From positions 24,490,001 through 24,554,000 of the forward strand of contig OZ076414.1 of assembly GCA_964187785.1 (NCBI GenBank): 64,000 nt of DNA, written 5' to 3'. Source of the stretch: Amphiscolops sp. MND2022. Its lineage: Eukaryota. Numbering within the stretch: the stretch's first letter is position 1; every line of letters begins with the position of its first letter. Under the pieces are notes generated by a model that saw only the letters and a list, made by a program, of their open reading frames with translations, made no database searches and had not been told where the DNA came from. Below are positions 23,354 through 35,828 of this stretch, in pieces. Both the position numbers and the translations under genes were made by a program.

Positions 23354-26300
23354 CAAAGTATTTTCTGAGAATTGTAGAGGTAAATGATCAATGTTTACTG
23401 CAGATCAAAACTTTACGTTATACTATCAAGCTTCTTCATGTAAACTAACTAGTTGTTTATACATAAACTAAAAACGGCAACGAACTGTTTATCAACAGTG
23501 TTCAAATGGAACCGCTGTTGCTCTTCATTCCCTCTTCTGCGATTGGAGGAGGGTGCCCTGTTGCTGTCTGCTTTGGTGTTCTGGTCGGTGGACCGTCCAC
23601 GTCCTGGTGGTGTTGGGTCGGGAAGTCCGTGATCAGCATTGCGAGTCTCCATTGATTAGTTAGTCCAATGTTGTGAACGGTTTATTAGCCTTCCTCGTTG
23701 TCACGGTCCGGTATTTTTTCTGTTGTCTCCAGTAGTGGCGACAAGTTGAGTCTTTTTGAAGTGTTTCCTGGAATCATTTTGGTTAACTGGATTGTTTAAT
23801 CTAACAATTGGGTTAGTTTTCGTTAGCATTTTGACCGGAGTTAGCTAAAATCTTCTGTTTTTTAGTCGGCGCTTTTCTTAAGAAAAGAGCCCGACTATTA
23901 CAGTCACTCGTTTTTTTTCTTTTTTTTATTTAAGACAGACTCGAAGCGACGAACGTTAAAATTAACGTTCAACTACTAAATATGTACTAAACTACTGGAC
24001 CGCTAAAGGCAAACGGGGAGCGCATTCATTTACTTTTTCAACGTTACATACAAGCCCGGACGGGACTAAAGTTTCGTAGCCCCCCCCCCCCTTTCGATTT
24101 TTTTTCGGCGCGGTGAGATTTTTTTTCGAATTTTTTTTAATGTCCCCAAAGGGTCCCCCCTTTGAGTTTTTTGTTATTTTGCTACAGAATGCGTGTTTAT
24201 AAATCAAAAAGGGTCCCCCCTTTTACATTTTTCGGTACTATGCGACATTTTCCGAAAGAAATTTTTTTTTCGAAAATTTCAAGTTTTTTTCCAAAAAAAA
24301 ATGTTTTGCGCTTTTTGAGCCTTAGATATAGCGCCGACTTGAGGCGTTCTCGTCTTGTTTCTGATGCTTCTTCATTTTCAGTGCATGGGTTGCTTGCTAG
24401 CTCTAAATATGTTGGTCGAGCTTAGTTTCTTCTCCCTTCTCATCAGTTTTAAAGGTTACATTACCATTTTTGTCTCTGATGTGAAGTTCACGTCCTGATA
24501 CTGTGCATCGCTAATTGCCAGATCTATGTCGGAATCCGACATTTGGCCTGTGTTTACTGTTAGCGGTCAAAGTTGTCTGCTCCTATTTATTCTTCAGCTT
24601 CTTTTCTCTGGTGACGTTGATGTCGTACGGGTTTTGACTAGCTGCGGCTTCCATCTGCCGATGGTTCCCAATTTTTTATGTACCGGTGATTATGGGCCAT
24701 ATTCTAGTCTCTCGTCTTGTAATAGATATCTTTCGGGACTAGCTGGCGCCTTGTCTTCCATTCTCGCAAATCTCCCGTCGGGTCCTCTTGGTCCGGTGCT
24801 TCTGTTGGTTGGTTCCTGTTCAAAGCTTTCAACTGGTTTACTGATCAATTTATGATTAAATATTTTATTGTTCGATGCGGTTACGGTATGTTCTGTTCGC
24901 GTAACAGCCGCTTGAAATTGTTCTGAAAAGGGAGTTTCATTTTTTCGTTTGTTGGTTTTTGTTCAAAGTATTTGATCGAGTAATTACTTACCATTATTGC
25001 TTCTGTCTTTTGTTTCATTGGCAGATGGTCGGAGCTACCGCCATCTCCAAAGTGTTTAGCTGCAAGGTTTCTGGTTTGGCTGAAAAGGAATGGTTTTCGT
25101 TAGCTGTTCTATTTTATCACTTTTTAACATTTTTCTCAATTCTGTGTTTGGTTCTCTTTCAAAACGTAGTCCAAATGCTGTTTTCTTTATCTGGTATGTG
25201 GGGTAATTCGAATTACCCCCAAAACTAGGTCGAGTGCTTTTCCGCAGGAATCGCCTTGTTTAATGTTGTTAGCAGAGTTTGTAATAAAATTCTTACTCCG
25301 CGCTCTACTAAATCGTTGGGAGTGTCAAAATAGGGTATTCCGTTAATTTTTAGATGAACACTTTTTTCACAGAATATCTAAAGTCGTGGCTTGTGAAAAC
25401 CAATTCTTTGTCGTTTCTTATAGTTTTAGGTACCGCGTTCAATTGAATGTATTGTTGTAAAACGTTTACTGCCGTTTTATGTTTGTCGATTTGCACAGAC
25501 TGTCGACCGGCTATTTACTATACTCGTTCATGGAGGGTTAAATGTAAATTCTACGTTTCTCTTTCGTTATTGGTCCGATGAAAATTAAATGGAGTTCTTC
25601 ATTTGATGCGCCTAAAGGAGGTAGACAATTTTGTTCCGACTTGGGTATGTTAGGTTTTAGGTTCTTACTGGAGAGTTTACACGGTATGCAGCTGACTCGT
25701 TTTCTTTTGATGGCTCCTGTAAGTTTTGGTCACCAGAATTGTTTTGCCGCCAGTGTAACCAATGATGTCTGTGATGCGTTTATGTAGTAGGGTTATGACA
25801 GTGGTAATTTTGCTGCACGGGATGATAACCTTGTTTTCGAAGAACGCTAATTGGACCCTTGTTGTCAATTTTCTTTTGTACTGGTTGTATTCTTCGGAAT
25901 GTTATCGTATTGCTCTCGTCCAGACATACGAGGGTTTTTAGTAAATTCGGGTAGTTACTGGCCTCCATCTTCAATAATTGGAGATCCGTTGATAATTCTT
26001 TTTTGGTTTCCCAGGCGTTTTTGTGCGGTCCCAACTGTTTAATTCATTTGCTTGTACCCTCTCACCCATTTTTATGTACTGCACGCCTTTCACACCATTA
26101 TATATGGTCCAGTCAATAGTTGGTACCTCCAATACCAATGGTGCTAGCTCCGAGTCACTAGAGATTTCTCCTTTTTCCATGGATATTTCATCCGACGTGT
26201 TTTCTGTTGCTGGCAGCGTTCTTGATGGGCCCTGTTGGTTGTCTCCTTGTCTGTCTTCCTGTGCTGGTTCCTGTAAATAAGTTCCTCTTGAAGCTTCGTA

Positions 26301-29300
26301 GTGAAGTGAATTGCCATTGCCAGTCTGGGAAATATTCGTTTCGTTGTTGATTGCATTGTTGTTGGTTTGTCCGGTTCCAAATTTTCTTGGCCGGGCTTCC
26401 CTATCTACGGATAATTTCCGGAAACCTTTGTTCTAATGAGTTTCTCGCGCCGCGGAGAAGTTTAGGTTTGTGGTATTTCTTCCATCTGCCGTTTGAGAAT
26501 CGGTAATTTCCCGGCTTCACGATGTTTCGCCATCGTTCTGTTTGTCGGCCGTTTCTTGGGACGAGTCTAGTGTTCCGAGATTATCAATGGTTCTGGCGTC
26601 CATTGATTTCTGTTGATGTGAGAGTTCGTTACTTTTGAACATTGCGTTACTGTTCGTGTTGCGTTCAAGGCTGCAATGGCGGTTTGGTCTCGCGTATTGT
26701 CCGATGACCGCAGTTTGTTTCGTCTCGCCGCGTTTCTTGGTCTGTTCTCGGTTTGTGTTTGGTTAAAATGGTTGCGAAGGCTACCGAAATTTGAAACAAA
26801 GCTATAATGCGGTACTATGCTATTAATTCCGTACTCATCTTTTCCTGCCGGTGCGTAGGGATTTCAGCTCAAACAATCCGTGAGCGCTATATGTTTTCCT
26901 GCGATATGGTTAACAGTTCTTCTGAAATGCCCTATTCTGATCAACCAGCGCGTTAGGCGTGCGCTGTACGTTTTGAATGTGCGATTTCCTGTAGTTCTAG
27001 TGCTTGGTGATGCGTCAGCAACTTCATGGGTTTTCCGTAGATGAACAAACGGAAACGTTCTAATCCCCATGGCACCGCTGGAAATTGTAATTCATTATTG
27101 GCATATTTTTTTTCGGTATCCGATAGAAATCTGCTTGCGAATGCCATCGGTTTAAGGTCTCCGTTTTCTTATTTTTGCCAGAGTGTTGCACCCGGGCTTT
27201 TTGTACTGGCATCCGTTGTTATTGCTTTCCGTCGACTGGAGCTAAAGTGTGCCAAACACGGTATTTCCGTGATTTTGTGTTTCAATTGTGTAAACGCTTC
27301 GGGAAGTTCCGTTGTCCAGTTCCAGTCATTTTTCGTTTTTAAATATTGTATTTAAACGTCTGTTGGTGCTGAGAGTTTTTCGAAGTACTTTGACAAGTAC
27401 TGAATTGCCCCAAAGAAGATCAGGGTTCCTTTCCGTTTTTTTGGTTCTTTTAACTCTTCTATTGATTTCACCTTGTCTTGTACAGTTCTATCACAGTTTT
27501 GAATGATTTGGTGCCAAACTCACTGTAACTCAGGTTTTGTTTTCGCTCAGTGTATGTTTTGCATTTTCTAGTTTTGTGAACACCTCTAACAACTCACGTT
27601 CATGCCGTAGTTTGTCCCTTTTCTGATTACCAATAGGTCGTCTAGCCACACCGGGTGTTTTTTTCCAGTATTTGGTCGATCAATTCTTAGAATATGGCCG
27701 AAAAGTCCGTCACGCCCAACAACACGTTCAAACATCCGTAGTAAGTGTAAAATTACCACCTGTTATTGCTAAAATGCGTGAGATCATTGCGTTTTCTGAC
27801 AATTGTAGTTAGCCGTATGCATATTTCATAACAAATTTGGATATCCAGATTTCGTCAGCTGATCCATCGACATTGTTTCTGGTATTTGTGATACTAGCTC
27901 CACGATACCATATTCGATTCCACGATATGTTTTGTTGAGCCTCCGTGAATCGAGGGCAATTTTTACTGTTTTGTCCTTTTTACGGTTCTTACAGCTGGGC
28001 TGTCATCAAATTTGATGCCTTTTCTCTGTTGCGTGGTTTTTTCAGCCTTTCTATTTCTTTACCGACCACTGGTTGTAAGTTTATTGGTATTGGCTTTTTT
28101 GCTGTACCAATTGATGTCAGGTTTCAGTTTAACGTTCTTCTACTTTATCATATTTCTATTCGTTTTACTGTTTTCTTTTTTTTTGCAAGAATGTTTCCGA
28201 TGTTTTTCTCATATTCACTGATATCCGATCATCCAGGATTATTTTGGATTACTCTTTTTGTTGTTATCAGGACCTCCAATTTCATCTTTTCTTCGTTGGT
28301 TCCCACATTTACTCTTGTTTTGCCATCAAACTTGATTTTAATGCTATTTACGTACCCATATTCTGTTTGCAATAGACATTTCGGCGTGATTCCGTTACAC
28401 CTTTGTTTGGGTTTTAATATGACCAGCGTTCCGCTGTCAATTATGAATTTGATTGGACGGTGTTTTTAACCAATACCGTTGTAGTAAAGAATGGTTGACC
28501 GTCTTTGGATGGTTTTGATGTGGAACGGACCGTTCTTGTTATCAGATGCGTTTTGTTTGGAGACCTGTCGTCTTCTGCACTGCTTTCCTCGGACTTCGGT
28601 TAAATGTTTTTCAATTTCAGGTCTGTTCTCTGTTTTGATTGGCATAATTTTGCATAGTACCTGAATTTTACACATTTTAGGCACTTTTTGCTTTGGATAG
28701 GCAGTCATGTTCATTCCAGTTGGGTCTACCGCATCTGATGCAATCAATTTTTCTGAAAGTTCGTTTTTCTTTTCCAGGTTTTGGATAGGTTGCTTTTTTT
28801 ATCCACATTTTTGATTTTCGTTTCTTAGGAGTCTTTGGACTCATTCGTTTTCTCGTGTATAAACTCGTGAATGTATCTAACGACGTGCCAGTGAATGTTT
28901 CTAACGACGTGGGTCTTCTTCATCAGGTCGTTGTCTCCTGTAGTTTTCCCGGTTACGAGAGGAATTTCGATGCAAATAAATCAGCTGCCGTCTTTTCTGC
29001 AATTTAACTGTTCTTTTCATTCTTTTTCGAAGATCCGTTTCTAGGTTTCTGCCTCTGTTTCTTCACGTCCCCTTTTTAGGTTGAAGAAATCTGCTCTTCT
29101 GTGATATTTTTTCCGTTCGAAAAAAAGTAGAGTCTTAATATTGCGTTAAGTCGGTTTAAGCTAATTGAACTTGGTTCTTTTCATTTCATCGTCGTTTTCA
29201 TTTCCGTGAGCGCTGATTGCCCAATTGTTCTAATGAAGACGTCTTTTACTCCTTCCTCCAATTGGTCCCTTTAATGTTGAAGTGGATTTGGTCATTTTTG

Positions 29301-29692
29301 AAAAATCTGTTTCACGGGTCATTTTGACATGCTGGATGAATTTTCTCCAAAAAAATTTGCCACTGTTGTGATCGTTCTTTTCAGAGATCGGAATGGGCAA
29401 CTTTTATGTGGATGTACGTTCTACCGATGCCGTTCCTCTAGTCTTCCATTTTCTGCACAGTTTCGCTTTTTGAGCTTGTTAAGGTTTAAACTACTGATTG
29501 AGCCATAAAGTTTTCCCTGAGTATAAATTGTTAAAGGAAAAGCTGTAAAAAGCCAATGTTTACTCTAGATCAAACTTGTACGTTATGTTGCCACGCTTCT
29601 TTATGTAGAGTAAACAAAGGTTGGTACTCAAACTAAAATTAGCAGCGGATTATTTAACAACAGTGTTCAAATTGAATCGCTGTTGCTCTTCA
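23354..29692 (-). mobile_element. Old full-structure Gypsy element E with short (~180 bp) LTRs, heavily decayed
   Basis: LTRs 29506-29692 and 23354-23527 both start TGAAGAGCAACAGCG; PPT AGAAGAGGGAA at 23528-23538. gag-like FWRKFIQHVKMTR (~29350), RT PVWLDDLLVI (~27640), RNase H FASRFLSDTEKKYA..E (~27130), integrase remnants at 25200-25600. Confidence 0.85.
23861..24360 (-). mobile_element. Complete Helentron (HINE)-like element nested in element E
   Basis: Subterminal inverted AGTCGGCGC / GCGCCGACT, terminal hairpin AGTCGGCGC-ttttcttaagaaaaga-GCCCGACT, inserted in a T run; E sequence continues on both sides. Confidence 0.75.
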
Positions 29693-30349
29693 ATAACCAT
29701 GTTCTGACGTTATATGCGGAGTAAATTGCGCTTTACTAAGGAAGAACCCGATGTTCAAAACACTTCCACGTAGCCAGCAAGCTATTTCCAAATTGTTGAC
29801 GTTATATCCGTAGTAAATGAAGTGCATTCCACTGAAGAAAAAGTTGAAAGTGCACCATATCTAAAACATTGCGCTACATCCGAATACACGTTATTTCGGT
29901 AGAATGGGACTTTTTTAAATTTATGTTTGTGCGACTAATTGGTTTTCATTGAATCTCCTTCTCCGCTTTTTACTAAAAACAAATTATTTTGCAAGCATAG
30001 AGGTGCCCTTGGAATTTTCAGCACTATGCGATTTACCGGAGACATTGTTTGGAAAACAATTTTTCAATTTTTCATTTTTTGAAATGTGTTCGGTTGAACA
30101 AAATCGTTTTTCCAATTTTAGGGGAACCTGAATATTTTCGAGTCCTGTGGGACTTATGAGAGCTCTCCCAATAATTGTGCTAAAACGTAGTTTTTAAACA
30201 GTGAAATTTTCTCGAAACTGTTCTCTTTCGGTAAAATAGTACTCCTTCACTTTTGAAACAAATTTTGGCTTGAAAAAAAAGCGTTTTGCGAGTTAGTGCG
30301 TCCCTCCTGGGTTCTTCGGTAGTATGAGACTTTATCCAATTTTTCCGGA

Positions 30350-30539
30350 AAGAAATGGGTTGTTGTTGTTTCCCATTGGTGAAAAGTGGTCTTCGATCGA
30401 GTCTTGTGTCCTTCGGATATTTTTCGGCATCGTAAAAATGAGTATATTTATACATTTTACCGCGCCATGAGCAAAAGATTAAAACTTTGCGCTTTTTGAG
30501 CCTTGGGTGTAGCACCGACTTGAGACGTTCCGTCTTGTT
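30350..30539 (-). mobile_element. Helentron-like element end fragment
   Basis: GCACCGACTTGAGACGTTCCGTCTTGTT matches the terminus at 24331-24359. Confidence 0.55.
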
Positions 30540-30661
30540 GAATGTTTTTGTCAAGAACTGAAAAACCAGCAATAAAGACCTAGTATTACAATTTTTTTGA
30601 TGAAAGTTTTCCTTAAAAACCTAGAGAGTCCTTTTGATTACTTGGGCAAATTTACCAACGA

Positions 30662-31816
30662 TGTTCATGACAAACTCAACAACAACGTTGCCTACCATAC
30701 TACATCACACCGACCAGGACGCTACCAAGAAATGGGAATACCGGAGATTTAACTGCAACGCCGTCAAGTAAACTGCATAACATAAGATGGGTGGCTGATA
30801 CAGAGTAGAATTGACAGCAATGTTGGCAGTCAAACAGCATCGCAAAGACAATCGTAAAGATGCACCTAAAATTTTAAACTTAAACCCACCAAATAACACA
30901 CATAGTTGAATGAAATAATCTATACAAGATCCTTCAATATTCATGAATTACTTCTGAGTGATGACGGGCCTATCCCATTATCATTACCATATCCAAACAA
31001 GGTGTCAGTTTGTGAAATTAGCATCGTTTACACTATTACGTTCATCAAATACCATCTAAGAGTGCTTTGAACTTGTTTAGCTTGTCATTAGGAATTCAAA
31101 CATATTTCACGTAACGACGGTGATACACCATCGTCGTATAACCGCTTCACTCATTTAAATTACGCTGTAACACCAGTTGATGACTCATGTAACTATAGCA
31201 ACATACTAGCATAATATTACTCAACGAATCGCGCAATTACCAGTATGATGCGCCAATTAACATCTTCCCAAGGGTGCCGTGCTATTGGTCATTTCAGTCA
31301 CGTGACGTTGTCACGTGACCAGCTTTGGTCAAGTTGGTAGCAGGTGTTGAAATACAGCCATCACATTTTCGCTACACTGTAACGTAACGTTGCTTACTAC
31401 ATCAGTATTATACTGCGAGTCACACATTTTTCGAAAACATAACAATACTTGTTTTTCAAACTTAATTCAAATCTTAAAACCATCAGTTGTACTTATGGTA
31501 AAAACTAGATCCCAGATTACAAGAAGTGAAACCACCGATACTGCTAGAGTGGAAAGATACAGTGACAACGGAAGCAAAAATAGAATGCCAGATGTTCTCT
31601 CTAGAGGCCAAATAAATGATTTCGATAACGGAGATCAACTCGGTCGCAGAACCAACTACGGATAAAATATGGTTGACCAAAGGTTCTCCGGAATGAATGA
31701 ACAGATCTGTGATCTAACTAGCCTAGTGCTAGCGTTGACAGAAAAGATATCCTCTACCAATAGAGAAGGGAACATACTACTAACTGCATCTAATGCACAC
31801 GCGACCCGCTCTGACA
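30662..31816 (+). repeat. 5' LTR of element C (probably 5'-truncated)
   Basis: Aligns with ~42765-43917; ends CGCTCTGACA immediately before the PBS. Confidence 0.85.
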
Positions 31817-32982
31817 TGGTGACAGGAGTCTCCACAAGCAGCAACCAGACGAACCCATCCCGCCCAACCACATCACAATGCAATCAGTCATCCAGCAGCA
31901 ATTTGACGACATAATGACTGAAATACACCATCTGCGGAATTCAATGTCGGAATCTGTCAGTCACACAAAAAATCCCCCAGACTCAAGTTCCACTTTTCCG
32001 AGACATAGGAAAAGTTCAACGGATTCGATCATCTTCTGCTCAACCACCTCAGACCTCACTAACACAAATTGGCCAAAAGGCAGAAGTAAGCCTACTTCCC
32101 AAGCCTGTTGCGTGACGATGCTACCGAATTCTGACAGTCACTGAAAATCACTATCAGACAACGCTTGCTCAAGTCTTGCCATACTTCAAGAAGGAGTACG
32201 CAAAAGAAGATCTGAAGGAACTAGCCAAGCACAAGTTTGATCAAATACGTTACGATCCTTCAGTCGAGACATTCGACTACTTCCTAAATAAGTGCAAGAA
32301 AGTTGCAAAACAGGCATTCAGGGACAGATCAGAGGACATCTTTGGGATATTCCTGTTTGCAAAGCTCCCCGTACAAATGCAGAATGAACTGGCAATGGCG
32401 GCCGAGCACAATGATACAATGGAGGAAATACCAACATTTGTACAAAGGAGATGCCAGTACGCCCAATTACAACCCGCTACATCAAATGCTCATTCTTTCA
32501 ACCGGATCAACCAACCTCAACCACCGACTCTGGCGCCACAAAACAGCAATACCCAAACACAACCAAACAGAGAGGTCAAAAGGAAATTTGACAGGCAATG
32601 CAGTCACTGTGGCATCCATGGTCACAAATGGGCGGAATGCAGGATTCCCCTCCAGGAAGAATCCCGAGCAATACCTGCAAACCAAAATCCGCAACACACA
32701 GCTCAGCCAAACCAAACACAGGAAAACAAACCAAAATACAACTCCAAACTTGTAAGTAAAATCTGTTGCAAAGTAGGACATTCAGCCCGAGACTGTTACC
32801 ACAGGAATACAACCCAATCAGCCTACAGGAACGTTTCGTATCCTAAACAATCAACGGATGAGAACAAACAATTCAGAAGAGATTTCCGCCAGGCCAACAA
32901 TAGGACCTACAAGACAAACGAAGCTGAAGACTCCGATGAGATAGAGCGACATGATGACGTGAAAGATAGAAAAAACTTCTAA
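31495..32982 (+). pseudogene. gag: gag of element C, starting within the LTR; stops and frameshifts
   Basis: MVKTRSQ.. then RSD|MVTG across the LTR/PBS junction; zinc knuckles CSHCGIHGHKWAEC and (K)ICCKVGHSARDC. Confidence 0.85.
31817..31830 (+). promoter_or_regulatory. Primer-binding site TGGTGACAGGAGTC (tRNA-Leu-like)
   Basis: TGG directly after the LTR-terminal CA. 12 of the first 13 nt match TGGTGTCAGGAGT, the complement of the metazoan tRNA-Leu(CAG) 3' end as I recall it. Confidence 0.7.
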
Positions 32983-33029
32983 AGCCACGTCATCCTCCTC
33001 AATCACACAAAAGTGAACCCACTTACACA

Positions 33030-35828
33030 AAACAAAACTACGAACTTTGTCATTACCAGACACTCGACTGAGAAGTACACCTCATGGCCACCCACCCGAA
33101 CAACCTCTCGGAAACGACACGCTCAAACTACCAAAGCAAAGCAAACGTTCGAAGGCACAGAGTTGCGAAATCCATCAGTTGAGCGCCACCCTACTATTCA
33201 ACAAAAATGTGGTATGTACCACTTCAATTTCATGCCTGCGAAAACTTTGGCCTCCTCGATACGGGTGCAATTCAAAATGCACTCTCTCGAACTGCGATGC
33301 ATCCTATCAGCCCACTCAGCGGCACTCGTTCACAAACTTTCTGCCTCAGAGTTCAAAGTACAAATTGCCAAAGGCAATATCGTACCAGTTTGAAAACAAG
33401 TGCAGTTACGCTTCTTCATCGGTGGCAAGGTTTTTGAAGAAACCTTCATGGTCCTGCCGACGATGGGCAACGTCCTCATAGGAATGTCCTTCTTCACGAA
33501 GTATTCCGTAACCCTCGACGTAGCCAACAACATTGTCAAGTTCCCAGGCATCACCCGCGAACTTCGCTCTGACAACGGGAAATACAAACACGAACTGCTA
33601 GAATTGAAGACCACCCAGAAGATAATCATTCAACCCAACCAGCAAGTGTTTGTTCCAAGAGTGATCGAACGAGACCTTGGTAACATCAGCGGTACAGTGG
33701 AAAGTCTACCAGCATTCGAAAAACGATCACATTTACTCGTGTCACCAGCTCTCAGCGTATCCCAGGAAGGTTGTACTCATGTCCAAGTCACGAATCCACT
33801 GGACTACCATATAACTATCAACGTAGGTACGGCAATAGCATCATTTAAAACCATGACACCGAAACAGGCGAACAATGCCCAACCAATGACGAGTCACCAA
33901 TTTGCTCTGATTTCACAATACCCAGATGACGCAGAACCCGCGCTGAACCAAATCTGTCAGGATCCAGCAACCAAATCAGAGAGGAGATGGTACCCAACCC
34001 CTGAGACATGCGATGAACCGACGAATCTCAACAAAATAGAGAAACGCATCTATGACGAGATCATCAAAGTCAGGGCCGAGGAGAAACTGGGTCCCTCTGC
34101 AAACGAAGATCAACGAAAACAATTTTTGCAAATTTTCAGTGGGAACAAGAGACACAGACAGTAGAGGCCCTGTTGGTCAAAAACCATGACATCTTTGCCA
34201 GACATAGACTGGATATAGAGAACAACACCGAAATTAAGATAATTTTGACTCCTAAGCATGACGAATCAGTCTATGCTCAAAGCCTACCCACACCGACGAA
34301 CCTGAATGACGATCTCTTAGTCGAGCTGGCGTTGACACAGGAGTACGGTATAATCAGCACGTTACCTTACAGCAAGTACCCGTCACCCATCTTCGCCCAG
34401 CGGAAACCGAACTGTAAGCTGAGGATCCTTGTAGACCTCAGGAGGATCAACCTGTTGAAAAACGACTACAATCAGCACAACCATCCAGTGACGACGATGA
34501 ATGGCTGATGCAGCACAACACATGGCAGGAAAACGCTACTTTTGCAAACTGGACTGCTCGCAAGCGTACCACTACCTGCAAATGGCAGACGAACAATCAG
34601 TCCAGTCGCTCGCTTTCAACTTCGGAAGTAGAACCTATGCATATCTCAGGCTAGCCCAAGGACTGAATTAATCTCCGTCAGCCTTCAACAGGACTGTTCG
34701 ATAGTACTTGGACCACTCGGTCAAGGCAGACAAATGCGCCCAAGATGCTGATGATATTGCAGCCAACACTGTCGAAGAACTTGTCGGCAATAATGAGGCG
34801 GTCTTTTTTAAAATCAGCTACGCAAACCTACGCAAACCTTGCTGTAATAGCACACAACCCAACATACTACCAAAACCTAAAATGTTCACCGACTGAAACA
34901 TTCCTTGGATGCGTACCGCACAACGCAATGGATCTCAAATTTGGCAACCTACTGAGCCAACCACCGAGGAACGCCACTGACGTACAGTCACTAGTGGACA
35001 ACCTGAACGCTAAACTCAACGAAACATACACCAACATAAACCGAGCATTCCACAAATACAAAGCATACTAGGACCGGAAGGCAGAAGCTTCACCACTGAA
35101 AGTAAACGACTTTGCCCTTTCATTGACTCCCAAATGTAGCACACATTCGGAAAAAATCCCTTTCAACTCTTGAAGTGGGAGTGACCCTACAAAGTAGTTA
35201 AGATACTGTCACGCTCAAACTACATCGTCCGAAAAATCGGGACCTTCAAAACACAGTGCGTACATAGAATGCGGCTTCGCCCATTTCTACCACACGACCA
35301 CATTGAAGACGTAGATGACGAAAAAATCGACACTATAGCATTCCTGACGCTTTGGACGACCAAACATTATTCAACAAAAGTTTGCCTGAAACTGAAGAAT
35401 CACCGCCGGCTGAAAACACACCAGCAATTGACACAAACGGTTGTAATGGTCGACACTGAACACGTAATCATTTACTATGAACAGGAACGCGTTTATGAGG
35501 TTCCACCAACATTAAACCACCAAGCCCCTCACCGGGGTCTGTTCACCGTGGGCAGATCAAACACACATCCCGAATCTGAAAACCAACCTTAACTGATAAC
35601 TCAATCACCACCGAATTTTGAGTCTGAACCCCATACCCCAATAAGGGACGATGCAACGTCAACGACGTCACCATCAAGAACACTCCATCGATCACGCGCG
35701 ATAATACCACTCGGTACAGTCTGAGAGACGCTCAAGTACCGAGAACATTCGATAATTTCTTTGTTCATGAACTGCAAGCAAAACTCGCTCTCTTAGAATT
35801 CATGCAACGAAAATCCGCTAACCAGTAG
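33030..35828 (+). pseudogene. pol: pol of element C with ~1.85-kb internal deletion (RT thumb, RNase H, most of integrase)
   Basis: LLDTGAIQNAL protease, dUTPase-like spacer, RT PIFAQRKPN..ILVDLRRIN and KLDCSQAY. Jumps at ~34820 to the IN block YANLAVIAHNPTY; tail TRYSLRDAQVP. Confidence 0.9.
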
